Below are positions 1 to 9,528 of a stretch of DNA of 64,000 nucleotides, in pieces. Made by a program: the position numbers and the translations under genes. The notes beneath the pieces are model-generated. The model saw nothing but the letters and a program-made list of their open reading frames with translations, was not told the origin of the DNA and ran no database searches. The stretch is from an uncultured Paludibacter sp. (GTDB taxonomy: Bacteria; Bacteroidota; Bacteroidia; Bacteroidales; Paludibacteraceae), in NCBI GenBank assembly GCA_964655615.1, contig CAZZPZ010000001.1:97406-161405 (forward strand), written 5' to 3'. Within the stretch, counting starts at the first letter, position 1. Each line of letters begins with the position of its first letter.

Positions 1-91
1 TTTTCATTAAATTATAAGTTTTTAATATGTTGAAATTCAATTGTTTATTATGAAATTTCTGTTTTAGGGTTTTGATTTTTAGCCAGAGTCA

Positions 92-99
92 CAAAGGTA
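92..99 (-). promoter_or_regulatory. Bacteroidota -7 promoter box (TACCTTTG), divergent from secA
   Basis: Plus-strand CAAAGGTA matches TAnnTTTG on the minus strand. It points toward a possible ATG at position 7 that would run off the window. Confidence 0.45.
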
Positions 100-144
100 C
101 TTATTTTTTTGATTTTTTAAACTCAATTATAGCAATAAATACAT

Positions 145-152
145 TATCTTTG
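145..152 (+). promoter_or_regulatory. Bacteroidota -7 promoter box (TATCTTTG) for secA-lgt-ubiE
   Basis: Exact TAnnTTTG ending 31 nt before the secA ATG. Confidence 0.7.
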
Positions 153-183
153 TGTTTCTTAAAACCAAAAATTAAAGATAGAA

Positions 184-3100
184 ATGGGATTTAATGATTT
201 ATTGAAAAAGTTCCTTGGAAGTAAGGAACAGAGAGACTTGAAAGAGATAAAACCCTTTGTTGACAAGATATTAAATGTTTACAATCAGACAATTACACTC
301 ACAAATGATGAACTAAGAGCCAAGACTGATGAGTTGAAACAAAGATTGATTGATATTGTTGCTGTAGAAAAATCTAAAATAGCTTCCCTAAAAGCAAATA
401 TTGAGGAAATTGAACTCAACGAACGAGATAAGGTATACAAAGAGATTGATCAATTGGAAAGTACTATTTCTGAAAAACTGGAACATACTCTTCAAGAAAT
501 ATTACCTGATGCTTTTGCAATTGTTAAAGATACTGCTCGCAGACTTTCTGAAAATTCAGAAATTGTGGTAACAGCAAATGATTATGACCGTGAATTAGCA
601 GTAAAATACGACTTTGTTACTATTCAGGGTGACAAAGCCCATTATAAAAATGAGTGGTTAGCTGGTGGTAACCTTATCAAATGGGAAATGGTGCATTACG
701 ATGTACAATTGTTCGGGGGAACAGTACTTCACAAAGGGAAAATTGCAGAAATGGCTACTGGTGAAGGAAAAACATTAGTTGCAACTTTACCTGTATTCTT
801 GAATGCTTTGACTCGTAATGGTGTCCATGTGGTTACAGTGAATGATTATTTATCAAAACGTGACTCCGAATGGATGGGTCCTTTGTATATGTTTCATGGA
901 CTATCTGTAGATTGTATTGATAAACACAGACCAAACTCTGATGAACGTCGCAAAGCTTATCTAGCTGATATTACATTTGGTACGAACAATGAATTCGGTT
1001 TTGACTATCTGCGTGATAACATGGCAGGTAATCCTCAGGATTTAGTACAAAGACCACACAATTATGCAATTGTTGATGAGGTTGACTCCGTGCTTATTGA
1101 TGACGCCCGTACTCCTTTGATTATTTCAGGACCTGTACCTAAAGGTGATGACCAATTATTTGAAGATTTGCGACCTAAAGTTGAGAAATTGGTAAATGCT
1201 CAGCGTAATTTAGCAACTCAGTATTTGGTTGATGCCAAAAGGTTGTTGAAATCTGAAGATAAAAAAGAAATAGAAGAAGGCGGTTTAGCTTTGTTCCGTT
1301 CTTTTAAAAGTATGCCCAAAAACAAGGCATTGATTAAATTTTTGAGTGAACAGGGTATTAAAGCACAGTTATTAAAAACTGAAGAATTCTACATGCAGGA
1401 AAACAATAGAAATATGCATGTAGCCACTGACCCACTCTATTTTGTTATTGATGAGAAAAATAGATCTATAGAATTAACTGACAAAGGTATAGACTTAATT
1501 ACTGGAAATTCAGAAGATCCAGATTTCTTTATATTACCTGATGTTGGTAGTGTAATTGCTGATCTGGAAAGAGACGATACAAAATCAAAAGAAGAAAAAC
1601 AGAATATTAAAGATGAATTGCATCAAAACTATGCAATAAAATCAGAACGCGTTCATACCATAAATCAATTACTAAAAGCATATAGTCTTTTTGAAAGAGA
1701 TATAGAATACGTGGTAATTGAAAATAAAGTAAAAATTGTAGATGAACAGACCGGACGTATTATGGAAGGTCGTAGATATTCAGATGGTCTACATCAGGCA
1801 ATTGAAGCTAAAGAGAAAGTAGTTGTTGAGGCTGCAACCCAAACCTTTGCCACCATTACTTTACAAAACTATTTCAGAATGTACAAGAAGTTATCTGGTA
1901 TGACTGGTACAGCTGAAACTGAAGCGGGTGAATTTTGGGACATTTACAAACTAGATGTAGTTGTTATTCCTACCAACAGACCTATTTCCCGTAAAGACAT
2001 GGAAGATAGAGTCTATAAAACCAAACGTGAAAAATACAATGCTGTCATTGATGAAATTGTGACATTGGTAGAACAAGGTAGACCGGTATTGGTGGGTACA
2101 ACATCCGTAGAGATTTCAGAACTATTAAGCCGTATGCTTACGGGTCGTAAAATCAAACACAATGTTCTGAATGCTAAATTACACCAACGTGAAGCAGATA
2201 TAGTTGCAGAAGCAGGTCGTTCAGGAACAGTTACCATTGCAACTAACATGGCTGGTCGTGGTACTGACATCAAATTGTCTGCCGAAGTAAAGAATGCTGG
2301 TGGATTGGCTATTATTGGTACTGAACGTCACGAAAGCCGTCGTGTGGACAGGCAGCTTAGAGGTCGTGCTGGTCGTCAGGGTGATCCGGGATCTTCAATC
2401 TTCTACGTGTCATTAGAAGATGATTTAATGCGTTTGTTCAGTTCAGACAGAATAGCTTCAGTCATGGATAGATTAGGATTCAAAGAAGGTGAAATGATTG
2501 AAAGTTCAATGATATCCAAATCTATCGAGAGAGCTCAAAAGAAAGTGGAGGAAAATAACTTTGGAATCCGTAAACGATTATTGGAGTACGATGATGTAAT
2601 GAACTCTCAACGTGAAGTAGTATATTCAAAACGTCATCATGCATTGATGGGCGAGCGTATGGGTGTAGATATTGCCGATATGATCAGCGATGTTGCAGAA
2701 AACATTGTTGAGAATGCTAAAAATCACAATGACTACCAGCAATTGGAAGAGGATATCTTCAAAGTCTACTCAATGGATGTTCCATTTGATATGGAAAAAT
2801 TCAGCACAACTAAACCAACTGAATTGTCAAATTTAGTGATTGATGAGGCTTTAGCTACATTCAAGCGTAAAATGGACAAACTTGCAACTGTAGCTAACCC
2901 AGTAATTAAACAAGTATACGAAAAGCAAGGTAAGCAATATGAAAATATTTTAGTACCCGTTACTGACGGTAAAAAAGTTTACAATGTTGCTACTAACCTT
3001 GAGTCTGCCTATAATTCAGAATCTAAAGAAGTTGTTAAATCCTTCGAAAAACAAATCTTACTTCATGTAATTGATGATGAATGGAAAGAACACCTTCGTC

Positions 3101-3492
3101 AGTTGGATGAACTTAAAAATTCTGTACAGAATGCTAGTTATGAACAAAAAGATCCACTTTTGATTTACAAACTTGAATCTTATGGACTTTTCAAAGAAAT
3201 GATGGACTCAATGAGCAAAACAGCTATTGCTATCTTGATGAGAGGTCAGATTCCTGTACGTGAACCAGAACAAGTTAAAGAAGCCCGTCCTGCTCAAAAA
3301 GTGGATTACAGTAGATTAAGAACTCAAAAGGAGGAATACAATCAAGGAAATACTGGTCCGAATGACCCATCCAAACAAGATACCAGAGAAGTCCAAAAAA
3401 CAGAACCTATTCATGCCGACAAAAAACCAGGTAGAAATGAACCTTGTTTTTGTGGTAGTGGAAAGAAATTTAAACATTGCCACGGTGCATAA
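184..3492 (+). CDS. secA: Preprotein translocase ATPase SecA
   Basis: 1102 aa with MATGEGKT Walker [30 protein letters not shown] and [13 protein letters not shown] motifs, and a C-terminal SEC-C zinc motif ([19 protein letters not shown]). Confidence 0.99.
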   Translation: MGFNDLLKKFLGSKEQRDLKEIKPFVDKILNVYNQTITLTNDELRAKTDELKQRLIDIVAVEKSKIASLKANIEEIELNERDKVYKEIDQLESTISEKLEHTLQEILPDAFAIVKDTARRLSENSEIVVTANDYDRELAVKYDFVTIQGDKAHYKNEWLAGGNLIKWEMVHYDVQLFGGTVLHKGKIAEMATGEGKTLVATLPVFLNALTRNGVHVVTVNDYLSKRDSEWMGPLYMFHGLSVDCIDKHRPNSDERRKAYLADITFGTNNEFGFDYLRDNMAGNPQDLVQRPHNYAIVDEVDSVLIDDARTPLIISGPVPKGDDQLFEDLRPKVEKLVNAQRNLATQYLVDAKRLLKSEDKKEIEEGGLALFRSFKSMPKNKALIKFLSEQGIKAQLLKTEEFYMQENNRNMHVATDPLYFVIDEKNRSIELTDKGIDLITGNSEDPDFFILPDVGSVIADLERDDTKSKEEKQNIKDELHQNYAIKSERVHTINQLLKAYSLFERDIEYVVIENKVKIVDEQTGRIMEGRRYSDGLHQAIEAKEKVVVEAATQTFATITLQNYFRMYKKLSGMTGTAETEAGEFWDIYKLDVVVIPTNRPISRKDMEDRVYKTKREKYNAVIDEIVTLVEQGRPVLVGTTSVEISELLSRMLTGRKIKHNVLNAKLHQREADIVAEAGRSGTVTIATNMAGRGTDIKLSAEVKNAGGLAIIGTERHESRRVDRQLRGRAGRQGDPGSSIFYVSLEDDLMRLFSSDRIASVMDRLGFKEGEMIESSMISKSIERAQKKVEENNFGIRKRLLEYDDVMNSQREVVYSKRHHALMGERMGVDIADMISDVAENIVENAKNHNDYQQLEEDIFKVYSMDVPFDMEKFSTTKPTELSNLVIDEALATFKRKMDKLATVANPVIKQVYEKQGKQYENILVPVTDGKKVYNVATNLESAYNSESKEVVKSFEKQILLHVIDDEWKEHLRQLDELKNSVQNASYEQKDPLLIYKLESYGLFKEMMDSMSKTAIAILMRGQIPVREPEQVKEARPAQKVDYSRLRTQKEEYNQGNTGPNDPSKQDTREVQKTEPIHADKKPGRNEPCFCGSGKKFKHCHGA

Positions 3493-3501
3493 AAATAGAT
3501 T

Positions 3502-4284
3502 ATGATTCTAAATTCAATTGTTTGGGACGTTGATCCAGAAATTTTTAAAATTGGTGGTCTTACCGTAAGATGGTATGGTTTGCTATGGGCTTTGGGAATT
3601 TGGTTAACTTTAATGGTTGTTCAGAAGATTTTCAAACAGGAGAAAATTTCAGAAAAGTGGTTAGATAAATTATTCACTTACACTGTACTAGGTGCCATTT
3701 TGGGAGCAAGACTTGGTCATTGTCTTTTTTATGATTTTGGTTATTACATTGCTCACCCAATTGAAATATTATATATTTGGCAAGGTGGCTTGGCTAGTCA
3801 TGGAGGTGCCTTTGGAATATTGATTGCAATTTATTTGTACAATCGAAATGTATCCAAGAAAGGAATGCTTTGGGTATTGGATAGATTGGTTATTGGTGTT
3901 GCTTTAGCTGGTGCAAGTATACGATTAGGAAATCTGATGAATTCTGAGATATATGGTACTGCTACTTCTTTACCATGGGGTTTTATTTTCGTTAGAAATG
4001 GAGAAACAGAAGCAATGCATCCAACTCAAATTTATGAAATTCTGTATTGTTTAATTACTTTTGCAGTAACCTGGTGGATGTATTGGAAGAAAAACTATCA
4101 GCTTCAAGCGGGTAAAATTTTTGGAGCTTTTTTAATTGGTATATTCGGTACCCGTTTTTTACTTGAGTTTATAAAACTGGATCAAGAAGCTTTTGAAGCC
4201 ACTATGTGGATAAATATGGGTCAAATACTTAGTTTGCCTTTTATTTTGTTTGGAATCTGGTTTCTGGTTAGAAAGAAGAAATAA
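3502..4284 (+). CDS. lgt: Prolipoprotein diacylglyceryl transferase
   Basis: Multi-TM protein with RWYG, GARLGHC, GGLASHGG, RLGNLMNSEIYG and HPTQIYE motifs. Confidence 0.96.
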   Translation: MILNSIVWDVDPEIFKIGGLTVRWYGLLWALGIWLTLMVVQKIFKQEKISEKWLDKLFTYTVLGAILGARLGHCLFYDFGYYIAHPIEILYIWQGGLASHGGAFGILIAIYLYNRNVSKKGMLWVLDRLVIGVALAGASIRLGNLMNSEIYGTATSLPWGFIFVRNGETEAMHPTQIYEILYCLITFAVTWWMYWKKNYQLQAGKIFGAFLIGIFGTRFLLEFIKLDQEAFEATMWINMGQILSLPFILFGIWFLVRKKK

Positions 4285-4292
4285 TAACATTT

Positions 4293-5045
4293 ATGGATAG
4301 CAGAGAAAACATTCTTAATGATAAAATCAAACCTTATAGTTCAGAAGAGGAAAAGACTACTCAATTAGAAAAGATGTTTGATCAAATTTCAGACTCATAT
4401 GATAGATTGAATAATCTTATGACTATGTGGACTGCTCACAGTTGGAGAAGATCTTCTATCAGATCCTTGAAAAAATACAAACCTAAACAAATTTTGGATA
4501 TAGCAGCTGGAACTGGCGATATGAGTGTTGCAAGTTGTTCAATACTAAATCCAGAAAAGGTAATGGCTGTTGATATTTCTAAACATATGATGCACATTGG
4601 GGCAGAAAAAGTCAAGAAAAAAGGCATCTGTGATAAAGTAAGTTTTGAAGTACAGGATTGTGCTTCCCTCACCTATCCCAATAATTCATTTGATGCTGTA
4701 ACTATCGGTTTTGGATTAAGGAATTTCGAGAAACTTACAGATAGTTTGAATGAAATTCATCGAGTTTTAATTCCGGGTGGAAAATTGCTAGTTTTAGAGG
4801 CTAATGAACCTAACCAAAAGTGGATTACTAAATTTTATAAATGTTATATTAATGTATTTGTATTTCTTACTTCATGGATGATTTCTAATGATAAGGATGC
4901 ATATAAGTACCTTACAAAATCAATGAGCCTTTTTCCTCAAGGAAAAAGACTCATCGAAATTTTCAATAAACATGGCTTCAAATTAATTAAGCACAAAAAG
5001 TTTACATTTGGTGTAGCAGCTATGTACTTACTTGAGACTGAATAA
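4293..5045 (+). CDS. ubiE: UbiE/MenG-family SAM-dependent methyltransferase (demethylmenaquinone methyltransferase-like)
   Basis: MFDQI..YDRLN N-terminus, LDIAAGTGD SAM motif, FDAVTIGFGLRNF, RVLIPGG and AYKYL. Somewhat divergent from typical MenG. Confidence 0.8.
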   Translation: MDSRENILNDKIKPYSSEEEKTTQLEKMFDQISDSYDRLNNLMTMWTAHSWRRSSIRSLKKYKPKQILDIAAGTGDMSVASCSILNPEKVMAVDISKHMMHIGAEKVKKKGICDKVSFEVQDCASLTYPNNSFDAVTIGFGLRNFEKLTDSLNEIHRVLIPGGKLLVLEANEPNQKWITKFYKCYINVFVFLTSWMISNDKDAYKYLTKSMSLFPQGKRLIEIFNKHGFKLIKHKKFTFGVAAMYLLETE

Positions 5046-5049
5046 TTGT

Positions 5050-5598
5050 TTATTCGTCAATAGATTGTATTTCAACTAATAATTCGTCTTTCATGACTGA
5101 TTGTCCTGTTTGCACTCTGATTTTTTGTATCACACCATTGCAACTAGCATTAATTTCATTTTGCATTTTCATTGCTTCCAATGTCAATATAGGTTCTCCA
5201 GCATTCACAAGATCACCTTCATTTAAGAAAATATCAACAATTTTACCAGGCATTGGCGCTATAATATTGTTAGCATCTGCTTTATCATCACCAGCATTGA
5301 TCATACCTCGTCTAACGAAAGAAAATAAAGATTCAATACTGTATTTATATTCAACACCATTAACTTTTACGACAGGTTTGTTTTGATCCCTTGATACTAG
5401 TTCACAGTGATATCGTTTCCCATTCCAATCAAATGAATAATGCAAATCTTCCTGTTCTACAAAATCAATATTGAACTCTTCACCATTAATTATCGGATTT
5501 GATTCTTTAGGAATATAAATTTTAAATCTTTTCCCATTTTCACGTAGAGCTATGAATAATCTGGACGCGTCTCTTTTATATCTGTATGATGTTCCCAT
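5050..5598 (-). CDS. Biotin carboxyl carrier protein (biotinyl domain with N-terminal extension) of an acyl-CoA carboxylase
   Basis: APMPGKIV and the EAMKM biotinylation motif. Last gene of the carboxylase operon. Confidence 0.93.
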   Translation of the reverse strand: MGTSYRYKRDASRLFIALRENGKRFKIYIPKESNPIINGEEFNIDFVEQEDLHYSFDWNGKRYHCELVSRDQNKPVVKVNGVEYKYSIESLFSFVRRGMINAGDDKADANNIIAPMPGKIVDIFLNEGDLVNAGEPILTLEAMKMQNEINASCNGVIQKIRVQTGQSVMKDELLVEIQSIDE

Positions 5599-5601
5599 TT
5601 C

Positions 5602-7098
5602 TTAGTAATTTAGTCGTTTATTCAATACCCAAACGTTTATTGAATCATTTTTGTAAGCAGGTATATCTCCTTGTAATTGTAAATATTCTGAAGCATACAA
5701 AATAGTTGCTGCTAAAGCTCCAATTATTTCATCATCTTCATTTTCTAGCATTTCAGGCGTGAATACCTGATCAACCCAACGAGTGGTATAACTAGCATCT
5801 ACAAAATCAGGATGTTGAAGTACAGTTCTACAGAAAGGCACTGTGGTCTTTAAACCAATCAAACTAAAGTCGTATAATGCATCTAAAGATTTCTGAATTG
5901 CATCTTCCCTGTCTTTACCATGTACAATGATTTTTGCAATCATTGAATCAAAATAGGGAGTTACAACGGATCCACTAATTACACCTGTCTCAATTCTTAC
6001 CTCTGGATTTTGTGGAAAATGAATTTTATCAATATACCCAGTTTGTGGACTGAATCGGTTTTGTGGATCTTCTGTGTTTACTCTGCATTCTATTGACCAT
6101 CCTTTGATTTTAATGTCCTCTTGTGTTAAGGTCAACTTCTCTCCCAAAGCAACTCTAATTTGCCAACTAACTAAATCTACACCAGTAATCATTTCAGTCA
6201 CTGGATGCTCAACCTGTATACGAGTATTCATTTCCATAAAATAGTATGAACCATCTTCGTCCATAATGAACTCAATAGTACCCGCTGAGAAATAACCTAT
6301 TTGCTTTGCAAATTTGACGGCCATATCACCCATTTCTTTGCGCATTTCAGGCGTTACACTCGCAGAAGGTGCTTCTTCTACTATTTTTTGGTGTTTGCGT
6401 TGTAGTGAACACTCACGTTCACCTAAATGGATTACATTACCGTGTTTATCTCCTAAAATCTGAAATTCCAGGTGTTTTGGGTTTTGCAAATATCTTTCAA
6501 CGAAAATATCTCCATTACTAAATGCAGATAATGCTTCATCTTGTGCTGATTTGAAATTTCTTTCAAGTGTTTCTGCTTTTTCTACTATACGCATTCCACG
6601 TCCACCACCTCCAGCTGAGGCCTTTAGAATTATAGGGTACCCTACTTTGTCGGCAAAGGCTTTTGCAGCTTGTGCATCAGTAACAGGACCATCTGAACCA
6701 GGTACCAAAGGTAATCCTGCTTTAACAGCCATACTTTTTGCAACTGTTTTAAGTCCCATGTCACGAATTAATTCAGGTGAAGGACCAATGAAGTTAATGC
6801 CTTTATCTGTACATAGAGCTGCAAAATCAGGATTTTCTGATAAGAAACCATATCCTGGATGAATCAAATCTATTTCATGATCCAATGCTAAATCTACGAT
6901 CTTTTGTGCATTTAAAAATATAGCTTTTTCATCATTCGCATCCCTTGCTGGTATTATTTCATCAGCATATTTTAAATATTGTGCATCAGGTTCTCTGTCA
7001 CTTTGAAATACCACAGCTAACATACCTAATTGATGAGCTGAACGGATAATTCTTATGGCTATTTCGCTTCTATTTGCGATTAATAATCTTTTCTTCAT
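5602..7098 (-). CDS. accC: Biotin carboxylase subunit
   Basis: ANRSEIA, HPGYGFLSEN, GGGGRGMR, RECSLQRKHQK, EMNTRIQVEH and FDSMIAK motifs. Confidence 0.95.
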   Translation of the reverse strand: MKKRLLIANRSEIAIRIIRSAHQLGMLAVVFQSDREPDAQYLKYADEIIPARDANDEKAIFLNAQKIVDLALDHEIDLIHPGYGFLSENPDFAALCTDKGINFIGPSPELIRDMGLKTVAKSMAVKAGLPLVPGSDGPVTDAQAAKAFADKVGYPIILKASAGGGGRGMRIVEKAETLERNFKSAQDEALSAFSNGDIFVERYLQNPKHLEFQILGDKHGNVIHLGERECSLQRKHQKIVEEAPSASVTPEMRKEMGDMAVKFAKQIGYFSAGTIEFIMDEDGSYYFMEMNTRIQVEHPVTEMITGVDLVSWQIRVALGEKLTLTQEDIKIKGWSIECRVNTEDPQNRFSPQTGYIDKIHFPQNPEVRIETGVISGSVVTPYFDSMIAKIIVHGKDREDAIQKSLDALYDFSLIGLKTTVPFCRTVLQHPDFVDASYTTRWVDQVFTPEMLENEDDEIIGALAATILYASEYLQLQGDIPAYKNDSINVWVLNKRLNY

Positions 7099-7113
7099 TT
7101 TTATTAGATTGAA

Positions 7114-8649
7114 TTACAATGGAATACTTCCGTGTTTTCTTTCAGGTTTAACATATTGCTTGTTAGCCAATACTTCAAATGCAGTTATTAAGATGTCTCT
7201 GGTTGATGCTGGTTCAATTACCTCATCAATCAATCCCAGTTCTTCTGCTTTGTATGGATTAGCAATTTCATTTTTATACTTTTCGGTAAGTATTTTCTCC
7301 ATTTCTGCTCTATTCTCTGCATTAGCCAACTCATGTTTGTTAACAATCTTAATGGCTCCTGCAGGACCCATAACAGCTATTTCAGCTGATGGCCATGCAA
7401 AATTAAAGTCACCGCCTGTATTTTTACTACTCATTACAATATAAGCTCCACCATAGGCTTTTCTTGTAATTACAGTAATTTTTGGAACAGTTGCTTCACA
7501 GAAAGCATACAATAGTTTGGCACCATTACGTATAATACCATTGTGTTCTTGCTCAATTCCAGGTAAAAATCCAGGTACATCCTCCAATATCAATAATGGA
7601 ATATTAAATGAATCACAGAATCGTACAAATCGAGCTCCTTTATTACTAGCGTTAATATCTAATGTTCCAGCCATCACCTTTGGCTGGTTTGCAACTATAC
7701 CAACGGTTTTTCCATTTAGTCTAGCAAAACCTACAATGATATTTTGAGCAAATTTTTCATGAACTTCAAAGAAAGAATCTTTATCAACCAAGATGTTGAT
7801 AATTTCTTTCATATCATACGGACGGTTGGGATCATCTGGAATTAACTTATTTAAATAATCCTGACGTGACTTATAATAAGTAACATGTGGGTTTACAGGT
7901 AATGACTCAAAATTGTTCGCTGGAATATATGATAATAATTTACGAACCAATAAAATTGTATGCTCTTCATCCTCAGAAACAAAATGAGCTACACCACTCT
8001 TACTAGCATGTACCTCTCCTCCTCCTAAACCTTCCATATCAATTTCTTCATTCAATACTTCCTTCACAACATCTGGACCTGTTACAAACATGTATGAGGT
8101 CTTTTTTGTCATAAAAATGAAGTCGGTCAAAGCTGGTGAATATACAGCACCACCTGCAGCAGGTCCAAGTATCACAGAAATCTGAGGAATTACACCTGAG
8201 GAATCAACATTGTTCTTGAATATCTTCGCATATGCTGATAGACTTTTAACTCCTTCTTGAATACGAGCCCCTCCCGAATCCATTAAACCAATAATTGGAG
8301 CTCCTAATTTCTTTGCCATTTCCTGAACCTTTGCTATTTTCATTCCATGTGCAAAACCCAATGAGCCACCCAATACTGTAAAGTCTTGTGCATAAGCAAA
8401 TACACTTCTTCCTTGTATCAGTCCGCGGCCTACTACCACTCCATCACCGAAATTTGTATTCCTGCTACTCATTGGTGATTGAGCTGGCATTACGAATGCA
8501 TCGAATTCAAAAAAAGTGCCTTCATCAAAGAGCACATTTAACCTTTCTCTAGCTGTTAACTTACCTTTAAGGTGTTGTTTGTTCACAGCATTGTCCTCCA
8601 TTTGCTGAAGGACTTTCATACGGTTTCCAAAAACATCATTTTTGTTCAT
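7114..8649 (-). CDS. pccB: Acyl-CoA (propionyl/methylmalonyl-CoA) carboxylase, carboxyltransferase beta subunit
   Basis: GKLTARER, QDFTVLGGSLG, DSGGARIQEG, DVPGFLPG, RKAYGGAY and RKHGSIPL motifs. Substrate is inferred from family and from the mutase genes in this window. Confidence 0.9.
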   Translation of the reverse strand: MNKNDVFGNRMKVLQQMEDNAVNKQHLKGKLTARERLNVLFDEGTFFEFDAFVMPAQSPMSSRNTNFGDGVVVGRGLIQGRSVFAYAQDFTVLGGSLGFAHGMKIAKVQEMAKKLGAPIIGLMDSGGARIQEGVKSLSAYAKIFKNNVDSSGVIPQISVILGPAAGGAVYSPALTDFIFMTKKTSYMFVTGPDVVKEVLNEEIDMEGLGGGEVHASKSGVAHFVSEDEEHTILLVRKLLSYIPANNFESLPVNPHVTYYKSRQDYLNKLIPDDPNRPYDMKEIINILVDKDSFFEVHEKFAQNIIVGFARLNGKTVGIVANQPKVMAGTLDINASNKGARFVRFCDSFNIPLLILEDVPGFLPGIEQEHNGIIRNGAKLLYAFCEATVPKITVITRKAYGGAYIVMSSKNTGGDFNFAWPSAEIAVMGPAGAIKIVNKHELANAENRAEMEKILTEKYKNEIANPYKAEELGLIDEVIEPASTRDILITAFEVLANKQYVKPERKHGSIPL

Positions 8650-8689
8650 AGGATATATCTAATTAACCTTTTCTTTTTATAAAATTAGC

Positions 8690-8707
8690 ATGGTTATTTA
8701 TAACCAT
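8690..8707. promoter_or_regulatory. Perfect inverted repeat ATGGTTAT-TT-ATAACCAT in the pccB leader
   Basis: 8-bp arms with a 2-nt spacer, between the promoter box and the ATG. Confidence 0.45.
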
Positions 8708-8725
8708 ATTAATTAATTGAATGCA

Positions 8726-8733
8726 CAAAAGTA
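8726..8733 (-). promoter_or_regulatory. -7 promoter box (TACTTTTG) for the carboxylase operon
   Basis: Plus-strand CAAAAGTA, 76 nt upstream of the pccB ATG. Confidence 0.6.
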
Positions 8734-8771
8734 ATAAAATTGTGCTGATATCATAAGCATTTGTTCATAAA

Positions 8772-9449
8772 TTAAATTAACAACCACATCGCAATCGTTA
8801 TAATAATTAAGGATGGCAACATGTTTATCAATTTTATTTTTTTGATTTCCAATATATTAATTGCTAATCCTATTAGTAATATACCTCCTATCCAGCTTAT
8901 GCCTTGTATACTATTTTCGTTGAAAAATGTTCCAGCATATTTTGCTGTTAAAGTGATACTCCCTTGAAAGAGAAACAATGGAAGAGCTGATACAATTACA
9001 CCTGAACCAAATGCAGATGCTAATAATATGGCTGAAAAGAAATCCATTAAGGATTTTGTATATAGTAAATCTGCCTTCCCTTCCAAACCTTCTTGAACTG
9101 ACCCTAATATTGTCATTGAACCGACACAAAACAATAAAAATGAACTGACTAAACCTTCTTTAAATCTTTTATCATTTGTTTTCAATTTACTTTTTACAAA
9201 TTCACCCATTTTATCTGTGCGTTCCTCTAATCTAAGTACTTCTCCTACAATAGAACCTATAACCAATGAACCTACAACAATCAAAATATGTCCCATATTC
9301 CAAATCATAGTAATTCCAATTGCTAAGGTAAATAACCCTACTGCTTGAAAATATATGGTTTTAAATCTTTCTGGCATAGATTGTTTTAAAAACATTCCTG
9401 CCATCCCTCCTATTATTACTGCTAAACTGTTGATAACTGTTCCTGTCAT
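8772..9449 (-). CDS. DUF554 (YdfK-like) membrane protein
   Basis: MTGTVINSLAVIIGG start, LLFCVGSMTILGS and LYTKSLMDFFSA motifs, multiple TM segments. Confidence 0.85.
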   Translation of the reverse strand: MTGTVINSLAVIIGGMAGMFLKQSMPERFKTIYFQAVGLFTLAIGITMIWNMGHILIVVGSLVIGSIVGEVLRLEERTDKMGEFVKSKLKTNDKRFKEGLVSSFLLFCVGSMTILGSVQEGLEGKADLLYTKSLMDFFSAILLASAFGSGVIVSALPLFLFQGSITLTAKYAGTFFNENSIQGISWIGGILLIGLAINILEIKKIKLINMLPSLIIITIAMWLLI

Positions 9450-9528
9450 TTTAGTAATCTATACTTATTTTTCACTACATTAGCACTGCAAATTTTGCAA
9501 AAAATATCCAAATATCAATCTTTTAAAT

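Noticed and set aside
1-7. Possible start (ATGAAAA) of a minus-strand gene leaving the window
   Set aside because: Only 7 nt are visible, so it cannot be supported as a CDS.
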